DNA of 64,000 bases from a virus (taxonomy: Duplodnaviria > Caudoviricetes), in the IMG/VR virus record IMGVR_UViG_3300031993_000048, positions 1 to 64,000 of that record; one strand, 5' to 3'. The position numbers and the translations under genes are program-made. Below the pieces are notes generated by a model, which had not been told where the DNA came from, made no database searches, and saw only the letters and a list, made by a program, of their open reading frames with translations. How positions within the stretch are numbered: the first letter of the stretch is position 1; each line of letters begins with the position of its first letter. This document shows, one piece after another, positions 7,787-16,789 of this stretch.

Positions 7787-7878
7787 AGTCTTCCGTTTTC
7801 CTTCACGGGACGTAAAATCGCAAATGCAGAGAACCGTCTCTTCGACGCGCCGCCGGTCTCCGCTTCCGGCTGTTGGCG

Positions 7879-7896
7879 CGAATCAGGAAAAAAGTG
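7879..7896 (-). promoter_or_regulatory. Conserved motif ACTTTTTTCCTGATTCG, copy 1 (candidate phage-specific promoter)
   Basis: Identical 17-mer at 8235-8251 (minus) and 9263-9279 (plus). Confidence 0.55.
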
Positions 7897-8017
7897 GGGG
7901 GCGGGAAGAGAAGTCGAGCGCGAAGGAGCTTCGACGTCCTCCCGCACCGGTTCCTCGAGGCTTTGAAACGGGCATGCGCGAGCCTGAAGGAAGAGAGACC
8001 CCGCCTACACGGCAGGG

Positions 8018-8197
8018 TCAGTCCACGCGGCGGTACGCCCGCCACGCCTTCAGCGCCTCCTCGAACGTCATGTTCAGCGAGTGCTTGCGGTACTCGCGCC
8101 ATACGTGCAGGGCGGCCTGCCGGGACGAATAGGCCCAGCGATACTCGCTGCGCAGATGCGTCTCGATGCGATAGAAGCTCTTCTTCGCCTTCTCCAT
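8018..8197 (-). CDS. Small basic protein, 59 aa (MEKAKKSFYR...), first gene of the left arm
   Basis: GGAGG upstream of ATG 8197. Confidence 0.7.
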   Translation of the reverse strand: MEKAKKSFYRIETHLRSEYRWAYSSRQAALHVWREYRKHSLNMTFEEALKAWRAYRRVD

Positions 8198-8234
8198 AGA
8201 TTCCTCCGTTCCGCACGCCACGCCATGTGACGCA

Positions 8235-8252
8235 CGAATCAGGAAAAAAGTG
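8235..8252 (-). promoter_or_regulatory. Conserved motif ACTTTTTTCCTGATTCG, copy 2
   Basis: About 40 nt upstream of the 8197 start. Confidence 0.55.
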
Positions 8253-8339
8253 CGGGAAGGGCGGAGACGACCAGTTCCCCGGATCGTCGTAGCGGTGTAG
8301 CGGCGCTTCGTCGGGTCGGGTCTTCGTCGCTTCGACGTA

Positions 8340-8424
8340 TCGTCGAATCGGTTCTCCGGCTCTTCGGGGATGCGGCGATTCGGTTCTCCGGCTCTTCGGG
8401 GAGAGGGCGATTCGTCGAATCGGT
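8340..8424. repeat. Direct repeats: TCGGTTCTCCGGCTCTTCGGGGA x2 (8348-8370, 8380-8402) bracketed by TCGTCGAATCGGT x2
   Basis: Read directly from sequence. Confidence 0.85.
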
Positions 8425-8552
8425 CGAGGGTTCTATAACTTAAAAAATCGAAATTTGCGAAAGTGCGGAATGGCGAGGGTGTTTTTTCCGCAGGTTACGC
8501 GTTCTCGAAGTGGCTCAAGCCCGCTCCAGCAGAGGCTGAAGTCCACCTCGCG

Positions 8553-8644
8553 TGTAGTATGGTTTCCAAAAATATTGGTGGGCTAAAAATCAAAAATCGA
8601 CTTTTCATTTTTTCTCTTACAATTTTTTTGGAAACCATACTACA
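8553..8644. repeat. Perfect 20-bp inverted repeat (TGTAGTATGGTTTCCAAAAA) with 52-bp AT-rich spacer
   Basis: 8553-8572 is the exact reverse complement of 8625-8644. Confidence 0.9.
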
Positions 8645-9262
8645 TTTCATAACCTGTTCATAACTTATAATTATCAAAATATGATATTATTCTCGAAAAG
8701 CAAATAAGCATGAGAGCCAAAATAACGAAGTTGGTCTTGTTGACCAACACGTAATCTGCGGAGTAAACACCCCCGCCAACGAACACCTATGTGAAAGAGT
8801 TATGCGACAAAAATTTTTTCACGAAATTCATGCCGGCGAAATGTTATGTAAACTACACCCCCTCAAAACGCGATTTTTAGTTATACGCCCGAATCGCCTA
8901 ATCCCCCGACCCCCTCGAATCCCCTTTTGGCACATATCCTCCGCGGACAGCCGTTTCGCCGAATCTTATGAACAGCCTGTTCACAACCTGTTCACGGGCT
9001 TCGGTGTCGAGACGACCGAATCGGCGGAACGCCGTGTCGGGGACGCCAGGCGAGGCGTTGCGTGACCAGTTCCGCCGTTTTGCGAAACGCGAGGGGTCTT
9101 GCCGTTTCGCGAAACGGGGGATCGGGCGAGCCGTCCGGTTCGTGCGGATCGTCCGGTCCGCGCGACGGGCCGCGATGTCGAGACGTGCGAATCGGCGGAG
9201 CCGCGATGTCGTCGATCCGCGGGCGAGGCGGAACAGCACCAGTTCCCAATCGTCCGTGCCTT

Positions 9263-9279
9263 ACTTTTTTCCTGATTCG
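9263..9279 (+). promoter_or_regulatory. Conserved motif ACTTTTTTCCTGATTCG, copy 3 (inverted, faces the SSB-like gene)
   Basis: About 85 nt upstream of ATG 9363. Confidence 0.55.
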
Positions 9280-9362
9280 CCATCTACCGTATCGGGTGCG
9301 GTAGGCGGTGCGTCGCCGAACGGCGAGCAATGAACACCCGCAAAACCGAAAGGAACCCAACC

Positions 9363-9770
9363 ATGAACCGTACCATATCGTTTGTCAGCCTCTTCCGCAA
9401 TACGCGCAAGAACGAAACCACCGGGAAGAACGAAATCTCCTGGGGCGCATCGTTCAAGGTCGACGGAACCGACATCGGCGCGACGCATCTGCCGGCGTTC
9501 GACCTCTCCTTGTTCGCGACGAAGCTGTCGCAGGACGGGAAGACTCGCTACCTCGGCAGCAAGCGTCCGCTGGTCGTCGAGTACAGCGACATCCGCGCCG
9601 GGAAGAAGGCAGGCAAGTTCTTCACGAACATCGCCGCCATCTACGAGCAGCCCGAAGCGGACGCGAACGCGCTCGACCGCCTGCTCGCGGGCGAAGCCGA
9701 GGCGACCGCGCCTGCGACGGACGAACCCGCCAACGCGAGCGAGGACGAAGACGAAGTCACCGAGTTCTGA
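9363..9770 (+). CDS. Putative single-stranded DNA-binding protein, 135 aa
   Basis: GAAAGGA upstream; beta-rich basic core with aromatics; acidic tail ending EDEDEVTEF, like SSB C-termini. Confidence 0.55.
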   Translation: MNRTISFVSLFRNTRKNETTGKNEISWGASFKVDGTDIGATHLPAFDLSLFATKLSQDGKTRYLGSKRPLVVEYSDIRAGKKAGKFFTNIAAIYEQPEADANALDRLLAGEAEATAPATDEPANASEDEDEVTEF

Positions 9771-9796
9771 TGACTCGAGGTCGCGTCGCATCGAAG

Positions 9797-9823
9797 CCCC
9801 CGAAGAGATTCGGGGGTTTCTTT
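9797..9823 (+). terminator. Intrinsic terminator after the SSB-like gene
   Basis: CCCCCGAA-GAGA-TTCGGGGG followed by TTTCTTT. Confidence 0.75.
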
Positions 9824-10185
9824 GCTTCAGGAGGAATACTTTGTTCCTTTTTCGGTTGGATAAAGCAACCTTGCCCGTCATGGGTATTCTTTGCTTCAGG
9901 CGAAACGCGAACCGAACGAAACGAACGAACACACGAACCGAAGACATCAGACAAACGACCGAGCCGCCGGACCGGACGCGCCGCCTTGCCGAACGGGACG
10001 CGATGCGGGGAGACGGCGAAAGGACGAAGCGCCGAGACGAGGGGGAGGGGGTGCGGCGAACCGAAAGCACCGACGGCAAGCCGATTTCGGAGAATTTCGC
10101 GACCCACCCCTCCCCCTTGCCAATACATACGGCCACGGGAGGGCCCCCTCCCCTCGAGGGCGCGACGGAAAATTCGCTTTACCCC

Positions 10186-10215
10186 TTGCGCGGCACCCGC
10201 CGGGTATGCTATACT
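10186..10215 (+). promoter_or_regulatory. Sigma70-like promoter (TTGCGC-18-TG.TATACT) for the tail/adhesin operon
   Basis: Consensus match about 60 nt upstream of ATG 10273. Confidence 0.65.
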
Positions 10216-10272
10216 GTCGGCGTTGCGGGACGTAGAGGGGTCGTCCAGAACCTTACAAAGGAGGTTATCGAC

Positions 10273-11832
10273 ATGGCAAGAAAGAAGAAGGAGGCGCTCG
10301 CCGTTCCGGCCGAGTCGCCCGATACGCCCGAGGCGCAGTCCGCCCTCGCGCCCGATACGCAGGGCACCCCTGCGCCCGAAACGCCCGAAACGCCCGAAAC
10401 GCCCGAACCGCCCGAAACGGACAAGCCCAAGTCCCCGCCCCTCGGCGAGACCGCCGACGACGTCTCGTCCGCGACGAACGTCTCGATCCCGGCGAGGAAG
10501 AACGCGCTCTCCCCGCACGTCGACGCGGTCGAGAGGATGGGCCTCGGCATGCTGCGCTTCGCGCTCGCCGCGGCGCTCTGCCCGCTCGCGCTCCTCGGCT
10601 CGCCGAAGGTCTCGGAGATCACCGTCGGGGACAACCCCGTGGCCTTCGCGATCGTGTCGGGGTCCGACCTCGCGATGGCCGTGGAGTACGACGTGAGCCC
10701 CATGCAGCTCGACGAGGTCGCGGTCGTGGCGCCCGACAAGTCGAACGGCACTTCCGTGGTCGTGAAGCGCAGGCGCCCCTACGGCCTTCCGTACATCGAG
10801 TCCGTCACGTACGAGGAGTACGGCAGGGCCCGTCCCCCTCTCGGCTCGTACGACGTGGAGACGGCTCCCGCGATATGGCACGCGAAGGCCGCCTCGGCCG
10901 ATTCGACCGGGATGGTGTGGCGGACGACGCAGGTCGTGACGAACTACGTCTACGACGCCGCCGAGGGGAAGGAGCGCTGGGTCGTCTCCACCAACGACTA
11001 CGTCTCCCCGTCCGCGATCCAGATGTCCCGCCTGTCGCTCGTGTCGGGCCCGACGGGATCCGGCTACAGCTACCCGTTCGGGCGCGACCTCCTCGCGACC
11101 CCGGCGTTCGGGACGTACGACTCCCGCCGCATCGCCTACTCCGTCGACTACAACGCGCTGGGCGTCATCGACATGGGGACGGGCGCGAATGACACGAACT
11201 CCGTCCCCGTGGCGGAGTGGACGCGCCTGGGCGGGATCACGAACCGGCTCTTCCAGTTCACGGGCGCGTACACCAACAGGACGGTCGTCTACTGCCGCGA
11301 CTGGCGGGACGGGCCGTTCGAGTGGATCGAGACCAACGGCACGTGGATCGCGGTCCGCGGAGGCGAAAGCGTGGCGACCGTGTCGAAGTATCTCGGCAAC
11401 GCCAACGACCCGTCGTACGGGCACGAGGCGGCGAAGTTCCTCTTCCGCCCGCTCGAGGCCGTGCTGGGGCGCAGCTGGGAATCGTCCGGCAGGTGGTTCG
11501 ACCCGTCCGTGTGGCGGCAGCCCGCGCCGTCCGCGTGGCTCGACGCGCCGGCGCAGTGCGTGACCTACGAGGACGGCATCGCGGCGGCCTGGCCGCGCGA
11601 CGCCTTCCCCGTCCTCTGGGCGGTGCCCTCCCACAAGGCGACCTACGTCGCCAACTGGGGGTCCAAGTCCGGGACCGTGGACGAGGTCCTCGCGACCGTG
11701 TCCCTGACCGGGAACGTGGGGCGCGTGGCCTTCGACAGGCCCGTGTCCCTCCTGAAGGGCGACGTGCTGTACGTGTCGTCCGGGATAGCGAGCAACGACG
11801 CGTTCCGCGTCACTTTCACGGGAAGGAGATAG
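10273..11832 (+). CDS. Putative virion or exported protein, 519 aa; PET-repeat N-terminus then a signal-peptide-like segment
   Basis: GGAGG upstream of ATG 10273 (3' part of track ORF 9382..11832). Confidence 0.75.
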   Translation: MARKKKEALAVPAESPDTPEAQSALAPDTQGTPAPETPETPETPEPPETDKPKSPPLGETADDVSSATNVSIPARKNALSPHVDAVERMGLGMLRFALAAALCPLALLGSPKVSEITVGDNPVAFAIVSGSDLAMAVEYDVSPMQLDEVAVVAPDKSNGTSVVVKRRRPYGLPYIESVTYEEYGRARPPLGSYDVETAPAIWHAKAASADSTGMVWRTTQVVTNYVYDAAEGKERWVVSTNDYVSPSAIQMSRLSLVSGPTGSGYSYPFGRDLLATPAFGTYDSRRIAYSVDYNALGVIDMGTGANDTNSVPVAEWTRLGGITNRLFQFTGAYTNRTVVYCRDWRDGPFEWIETNGTWIAVRGGESVATVSKYLGNANDPSYGHEAAKFLFRPLEAVLGRSWESSGRWFDPSVWRQPAPSAWLDAPAQCVTYEDGIAAAWPRDAFPVLWAVPSHKATYVANWGSKSGTVDEVLATVSLTGNVGRVAFDRPVSLLKGDVLYVSSGIASNDAFRVTFTGRR

Positions 11833-11836
11833 CGCC

Positions 11837-12256
11837 ATGTCCATGTACGATCCCACGAACGTCGATATGAGGCAGGCGAAGTCGCTCGACGCGGCGTTCG
11901 CCAAGATAAGGGCCCTCGAGGCCGAGGTCCGGCAGGTCGGGGCCAGGGCGGTCCCGTCCGTCATCGACCTCCCGGCCGACTACCTCGAGAAGCACGACAC
12001 GCTGGACTACTCCGAATGGTTCCCGGACGGGGTAGGGAGCGCCGTCTTCATCCTGCACTCGACCGATTCGCTGTCCGAGGGCATCCAGGAGAACGGGCTG
12101 TCCGGGTTCGTCGAGGGCGACAGGACGGACCTGTCCTCCCCCGGCGTCTATCCCGACGCGAGCGAGATGGAGGGCCCCGGCGTCGACCTCTTCCTCCGCA
12201 TAACCCTGTTGGGCGAATACATCGTGGCCGAGCGGCTCGCGTACACCTACCTGTGA
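11837..12256 (+). CDS. Hypothetical protein, 139 aa
   Basis: ORF track; GGAG upstream. Confidence 0.75.
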   Translation: MSMYDPTNVDMRQAKSLDAAFAKIRALEAEVRQVGARAVPSVIDLPADYLEKHDTLDYSEWFPDGVGSAVFILHSTDSLSEGIQENGLSGFVEGDRTDLSSPGVYPDASEMEGPGVDLFLRITLLGEYIVAERLAYTYL

Positions 12257-12270
12257 CCGGAGGACGCCCG

Positions 12271-13173
12271 ATGGCCAACATAGCGGACATATTGCAGGAC
12301 GCGGCGTGGCCGGACGACTACCCGGCCAGCGTCGGGTTCGTCCGCCGCCAGCTGTACGTCGGCCGCGCCCTCGTGTGCGGCTACCTGCACGAAGGGGAGT
12401 TCTACCCCGACACCGACCACGACGAGCCGTTCGCGCACGTCGACGAGAGGATCTTCGTCGACATCCCGAGCGGGCAGGCGTACCGGTGGGGAGGGTCGTC
12501 GTACGTGGGCGTCTCCGTGACGACCTCCGACGACCTGTCCGCCGTGCACTACGACAGGCCGGACGGCAAGGGCGCGGCGGAGAAGGCGCAGGCCCTCGAG
12601 AACCTCGGGGCCGCGTCCGCCGCGGCGCTCTCGACCCTGGCGGGCATCGTGGGGGCGATCTCCCCCAAGGCGGCCGGGTGGGACGCGGCGAAGGCGAAGG
12701 TCGACGACCCCGTCTCCCCCGCGAGCGGCTCGACGAAGCTGACGACCGCCGGGCAGGTCTTCGCGTGGGCGACGACGTACTTCGCGTCGCTCCAGGTCGC
12801 GTGGTCGAACCTCACGTCGAAGCCGACGACGCTCTCCGGCTACGGGATAACGGACGCCGTGAAGTCCGTGAAGGTCGGAGACGCGGCGGCGGTCTCGCCG
12901 GACGCGAACGGCGTCGTGAACCTCCCCGCCGCCAGCATCAGCGACCCCAACGCCCTCAAGGTCGACGGCTCGCAGACGCTCACCGCCGCCCAGAAGTCGA
13001 ACGTCCTCGCGGCGCTCGGAATGTCGGGAAGCTCGCCCGCGCCCGTCGTGAGCGCGGCCGAGACGGCGAAGGCGTGGTGGGACTCGCACGGGGCGGACAT
13101 GACGAACGCCGAGAAGACCTCGCTTCTCCAGAAGATCGTGAACTACATAGCCGCGAAGGAGGGACTGTCGTGA
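12271..13173 (+). CDS. Tail fibre-like protein, 300 aa
   Basis: IFVDIPSGQAYRWGGSSYV and WSNLTSKPTTLSGYGITDA motifs typical of phage tail fibres; GGAGG upstream. Confidence 0.7.
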   Translation: MANIADILQDAAWPDDYPASVGFVRRQLYVGRALVCGYLHEGEFYPDTDHDEPFAHVDERIFVDIPSGQAYRWGGSSYVGVSVTTSDDLSAVHYDRPDGKGAAEKAQALENLGAASAAALSTLAGIVGAISPKAAGWDAAKAKVDDPVSPASGSTKLTTAGQVFAWATTYFASLQVAWSNLTSKPTTLSGYGITDAVKSVKVGDAAAVSPDANGVVNLPAASISDPNALKVDGSQTLTAAQKSNVLAALGMSGSSPAPVVSAAETAKAWWDSHGADMTNAEKTSLLQKIVNYIAAKEGLS

Positions 13174-15059
13174 ACGTCCTCTCTATCATGCTCGCCGCGG
13201 CGGTGACGACCGCGCAGATGAGCAGCCTGCGCGATTCCTCGACCGTCGTGACGGGCGTCGACGCCGGGGCGTTCCTGGCGTCCTCCAACAACACGTACTC
13301 CGCCGGGAGGACGAACCTGCTCTTCTCCGGCGGGACCGTGAGGTCCTCCGGGACCGCGTTCGTCGTGGACGGGGGCGGGCTCGCCCTGAAGCCCGGGACG
13401 CCGCTCGTGATCGAGGGGCCCGTGTACCTCCCGACCAACGCCCTGGCGTCCGCGTCCATCCCCGGATGGGAGTCGCTCGACCAGAGGATGGACCGGAAGC
13501 TCGTCGGCCTCTACTACTACGACACGGACCGGTACGGGAACCGCACCGCGATAACGCAGGGCGCCCGCGACCCGAGCTACCCCGTGGGGCCCTGGAGCGT
13601 CTCCATAGGCCCGTTCGCCTCCGCGAGCGGCTACTACGCCCTCGCGGGCGGGATGGACTCCCTCGCGTCCGGCGCGTCGTCCCTCGCGTACGGCACGGCG
13701 GCGAGGGCGACCGCGGACGACGCGTACGCCATAGGCTACGCGCCCGTGTCGTCGAACCAGTACGCCTTCACGTGGAACGGGAGGACGGGGTACTTCTACG
13801 GCTCGCACGGGCGCGGGACGTTCAACATCTTCCCCGCCGCCGGCGTCGACGGGTTCTGGATCGGCGAGCAGACGCTCGCGGACTACGTGACCTCGAGGGT
13901 CTCCGGCTTCGCGAACCCCTCGTACCCGTTCACCTTCCGCGCCGCGCTCGGCGACTCCGGCATACAGTTCTCGACCCTCGCGGGCGGCAACCGCCAGGTG
14001 TTCACCGGCGGGACCGCGCTCGTCATGCAGGACGGGTCGACGCTCGTCGTCTCGTCCAACGCCACGCTCGCCGTGGCGCGCCCGTGGGACGTGACGGTCG
14101 GAGGGACCGCCCTCGACTCGTGGGTCGCCTCCCTCGCGGCCTCCGCGAACGAGGGCGCCGTGAAGGCCGTCGTGGAGTCGGAGACGGGCGGGACGAACGC
14201 CGTCCGGGCCGCCGCCTCCTTCGCCGCCCTCAACGCGACGAAGTGGACCGGTGAGGGCTCCGCCGCCGGCATGGTCCTCCTGCGCGATCCCGTCGAGGGC
14301 AGGTGGACGGACGGGACGAACTACATCGTCTGGTCGGACATCTCGACCTGGAACTACTACGGGACGAACGGGACGGGCTCCGCCTCGGGAGGCCTTACGG
14401 CCGGAAGGATAGTCTTCGACGGGATAGACGGCGACTTCGCCTTCGTCGCCTCCCCGGACGGGCGGGGCGACTTCGTGCGGGCGACGGACGTCGCCGCCCT
14501 CGCGCCGCCTCCCGGGAACTACCTCGCCGTCAGCAACGCCGCGCTGGCCTCGCAGTCCCTCGAGGCCGCGAGGACCGGGTTCGGCGAATGGCGCGCCCCG
14601 ACGAACGCGACGTACGAGCTCGTCGAGATGATAATAGATGGCGGGTGGTGCGCGGTGAGGTTCAGGCTCGACGGGTCGGCGACGGTGTACGACGCGATGC
14701 CGAAGCCGTACCAGGACGACATGACGAACTTCACGTTCAACGCCGGGCTGCCCCCGCTCGTCCGCGACCGCTTCCCGACGATGGCCGACCTCGGCGGCTT
14801 CGCGAAGGCGTCCGACCTCGAGGGCGTGGCGCATGCGAGCGACCTCGCCGGGGTAGTGACCGCCGCCGTCGTGACGAACGTCGTCCGCTCCGTGGTCGCC
14901 ATGACCTCGGACTACGTGTGGGACGCGCAGGCGGAGTGCCTCTTCAGGCGTTCGATGGAGAACCAGTACCTCTACTGGACGCCGGTGACGAACGTGAACG
15001 CGCTTCTCCCCGAGAACGCGGAAGTGCTGGAGTACCTGGAGGCGCACAAGAATGACTAA
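13170..15059 (+). CDS. Tail fibre/adhesin-like protein, 629 aa, with signal-peptide-like N-terminus and YadA-head-like repeats
   Basis: GTG start (VNVLSIMLAAAVTTA); 14-aa repeats IGPFASASGYYALAGGMDSLASGASSLAYGTAARATADDAYAIG at ~13605-13736. Confidence 0.65.
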   Translation: MNVLSIMLAAAVTTAQMSSLRDSSTVVTGVDAGAFLASSNNTYSAGRTNLLFSGGTVRSSGTAFVVDGGGLALKPGTPLVIEGPVYLPTNALASASIPGWESLDQRMDRKLVGLYYYDTDRYGNRTAITQGARDPSYPVGPWSVSIGPFASASGYYALAGGMDSLASGASSLAYGTAARATADDAYAIGYAPVSSNQYAFTWNGRTGYFYGSHGRGTFNIFPAAGVDGFWIGEQTLADYVTSRVSGFANPSYPFTFRAALGDSGIQFSTLAGGNRQVFTGGTALVMQDGSTLVVSSNATLAVARPWDVTVGGTALDSWVASLAASANEGAVKAVVESETGGTNAVRAAASFAALNATKWTGEGSAAGMVLLRDPVEGRWTDGTNYIVWSDISTWNYYGTNGTGSASGGLTAGRIVFDGIDGDFAFVASPDGRGDFVRATDVAALAPPPGNYLAVSNAALASQSLEAARTGFGEWRAPTNATYELVEMIIDGGWCAVRFRLDGSATVYDAMPKPYQDDMTNFTFNAGLPPLVRDRFPTMADLGGFAKASDLEGVAHASDLAGVVTAAVVTNVVRSVVAMTSDYVWDAQAECLFRRSMENQYLYWTPVTNVNALLPENAEVLEYLEAHKND

Positions 15060-15246
15060 CCTCGTATTGACGGCCCTGCTCGCCATGTCCCCCGCGGACT
15101 TCGCGCAGCTCACGAACCGCGTGGACGTCCTGTGGACGGCCCACACCCAGCGCGTCGAGAGGATCGAGCGCGCCCGCGAGAACGCCCGGAGGCGCCGCGA
15201 GGGCCCGCCCGACAGGCCGTTCCGCGCGAAGGGAGGAAGGCGATGA
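15052..15246 (+). CDS. 64-aa protein with hydrophobic N-terminus and basic C-terminus
   Basis: ORF track; coupled to both neighbours. Confidence 0.7.
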   Translation: MTNLVLTALLAMSPADFAQLTNRVDVLWTAHTQRVERIERARENARRRREGPPDRPFRAKGGRR

Positions 15247-16004
15247 GGAAGCTCCTTCTCCTGCTTCTCCCGCTCTCGCTCCTCGCCGATCCGGTCAGGA
15301 TGCGCGAGCTCATGGTCGGCGACGACGGGTCGCTCAACTCGACGAACGCCGTCGCCACGCAGGCCGACCTCGCCAGGGTCGCCGCGTCGAACCAGGTGGC
15401 CGTCGCCGAGCTGAACGCCGCGAGGCAGGGCTACGACCAGGCCGTGGACCTCCTGTCCGCCGTCGCGACGAACATCGCCGCCGGGACGCCCGTCGTCTTC
15501 TACTCCGTCGAGCTCTCGAGCTTCGACGCCGCCGTCGTCTTCGACGAGAACACCGACAAGGTGAAGGTCATAGGCTTCACGGACACGAAGGAGACGGACA
15601 CCGTGCGCGGGACGGCGTGCCGCAAGTGGCGCATCCGCTTCGCCTTCACCGCCGACCTCCAGTCCGTGCAGCCGAGCGTCGCGTACGCGCAGGTCATCGA
15701 CGGCACTCCCGCCGGCGACTGGGAGAACCTGCACGAGGACAACGTCTCGGCCGCCGTCGCCGAGGAGGGGACGTACACGGACGGGGACGGGAACACCTAC
15801 TCCCACGTCTACCACGTGGACGCGTGGCTCCCCGTCGCGAACTCCGGCTTCTCCTTCGTGCGCATACCCAACGACGCCGCGATCGCGGACGGGGCGACGC
15901 TCGACCTCCCGAACGGGGTGAGCGGCGGCGCCACGACGACCGTGACGTGGGGCGGGAAGACCCTGACGTTCCGGGGCGGACTCCTGACGGAGGTGGGCGA
16001 GTGA
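15243..16004 (+). CDS. Putative exported or virion protein, 253 aa (MRKLLLLLLPLSLLA-DP...)
   Basis: GGAAGG upstream; classic signal-peptide-like N-terminus. Confidence 0.75.
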   Translation: MRKLLLLLLPLSLLADPVRMRELMVGDDGSLNSTNAVATQADLARVAASNQVAVAELNAARQGYDQAVDLLSAVATNIAAGTPVVFYSVELSSFDAAVVFDENTDKVKVIGFTDTKETDTVRGTACRKWRIRFAFTADLQSVQPSVAYAQVIDGTPAGDWENLHEDNVSAAVAEEGTYTDGDGNTYSHVYHVDAWLPVANSGFSFVRIPNDAAIADGATLDLPNGVSGGATTTVTWGGKTLTFRGGLLTEVGE

Positions 16005-16789
16005 TCTGCGGACTTGCCATGAAGGCGCTCGTCGCCCTGCTCGCCGCGTGCCTCGCGGCCCTCGCGTGCATCTGGATGAAGCCCCTCCTCTCGAGGGCGT
16101 CGTCGAGGCTGTCCGGCTGGGAGAAGGCCGTCCTGCTCCTCGCGGTCGCGGCGTTCACGTTCTACGGCGGCTCCAAGTCGATCATGTCGAAGACGTCGCA
16201 CGACCCGGAGATCGGGCTCTCGGCGGCGGAGTACGTGAAGGGGACGAACGGCGTCCCGGCGTCCCTCGTCTCCTCCCTCGGGGCCGGGACGAACATGGTC
16301 GCGTACGCCTTCTCCGTCACCAACTCGGCGCTGACGGCGGAGGAGCTTCTCGCGAAGCTGTGGTTCCGCGAGGACAACCGGAACGCGTGGACGAACTTCG
16401 CCGCCGCCGGGGTCTCGATGCAGACGGCGTCCGAGACGCACAGCCCCACCACGACCGTGTGGCTCGCCTACGCCACGAACTCGTGGGAGCACCAGCAGAT
16501 ATACGTCGGCGACGACCTTCCCCCCGTGTACGTCGAGACCGAGGGCGGCATAACGCTGGACTCCCTCGTCATGACGTCGAAGAAGGCGACGATAACCTAC
16601 ACCGTCGACGCGTCCGCGCTCACGGGCCCGGGGCAGGTCGTCTTCGAGAGGATGGCGACGGGCGGGAACTGGGCGGCCGTGAGGACCGTCGAGGCCTCCG
16701 CCGGGACGCACTCCGAGGTGTTCTTCGGGTTCTTCGTCAGGATCCGCACGATGTGGCGCATAAGGCTTCAGGTGGAGGTGACGGAATGA
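16001..16789 (+). CDS. Membrane-anchored protein, 262 aa (two N-terminal hydrophobic helices ending AFTFYGGSK, then beta-rich domains)
   Basis: GTG start overlapping the previous stop; 3' part of track ORF 15617..16789. Confidence 0.7.
   Translation: MICGLAMKALVALLAACLAALACIWMKPLLSRASSRLSGWEKAVLLLAVAAFTFYGGSKSIMSKTSHDPEIGLSAAEYVKGTNGVPASLVSSLGAGTNMVAYAFSVTNSALTAEELLAKLWFREDNRNAWTNFAAAGVSMQTASETHSPTTTVWLAYATNSWEHQQIYVGDDLPPVYVETEGGITLDSLVMTSKKATITYTVDASALTGPGQVVFERMATGGNWAAVRTVEASAGTHSEVFFGFFVRIRTMWRIRLQVEVTE

Noticed and set aside
8463-9360. Short ORFs in the central control region
   Set aside because: They overlap in all frames, have low-complexity R/S/A composition or span the palindromes, and lack SDs; the region is treated as non-coding.
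8340-10000. CRISPR mini-array
   Set aside because: Repeats occur only twice, with too-short or irregular spacers, and no cas genes are present.
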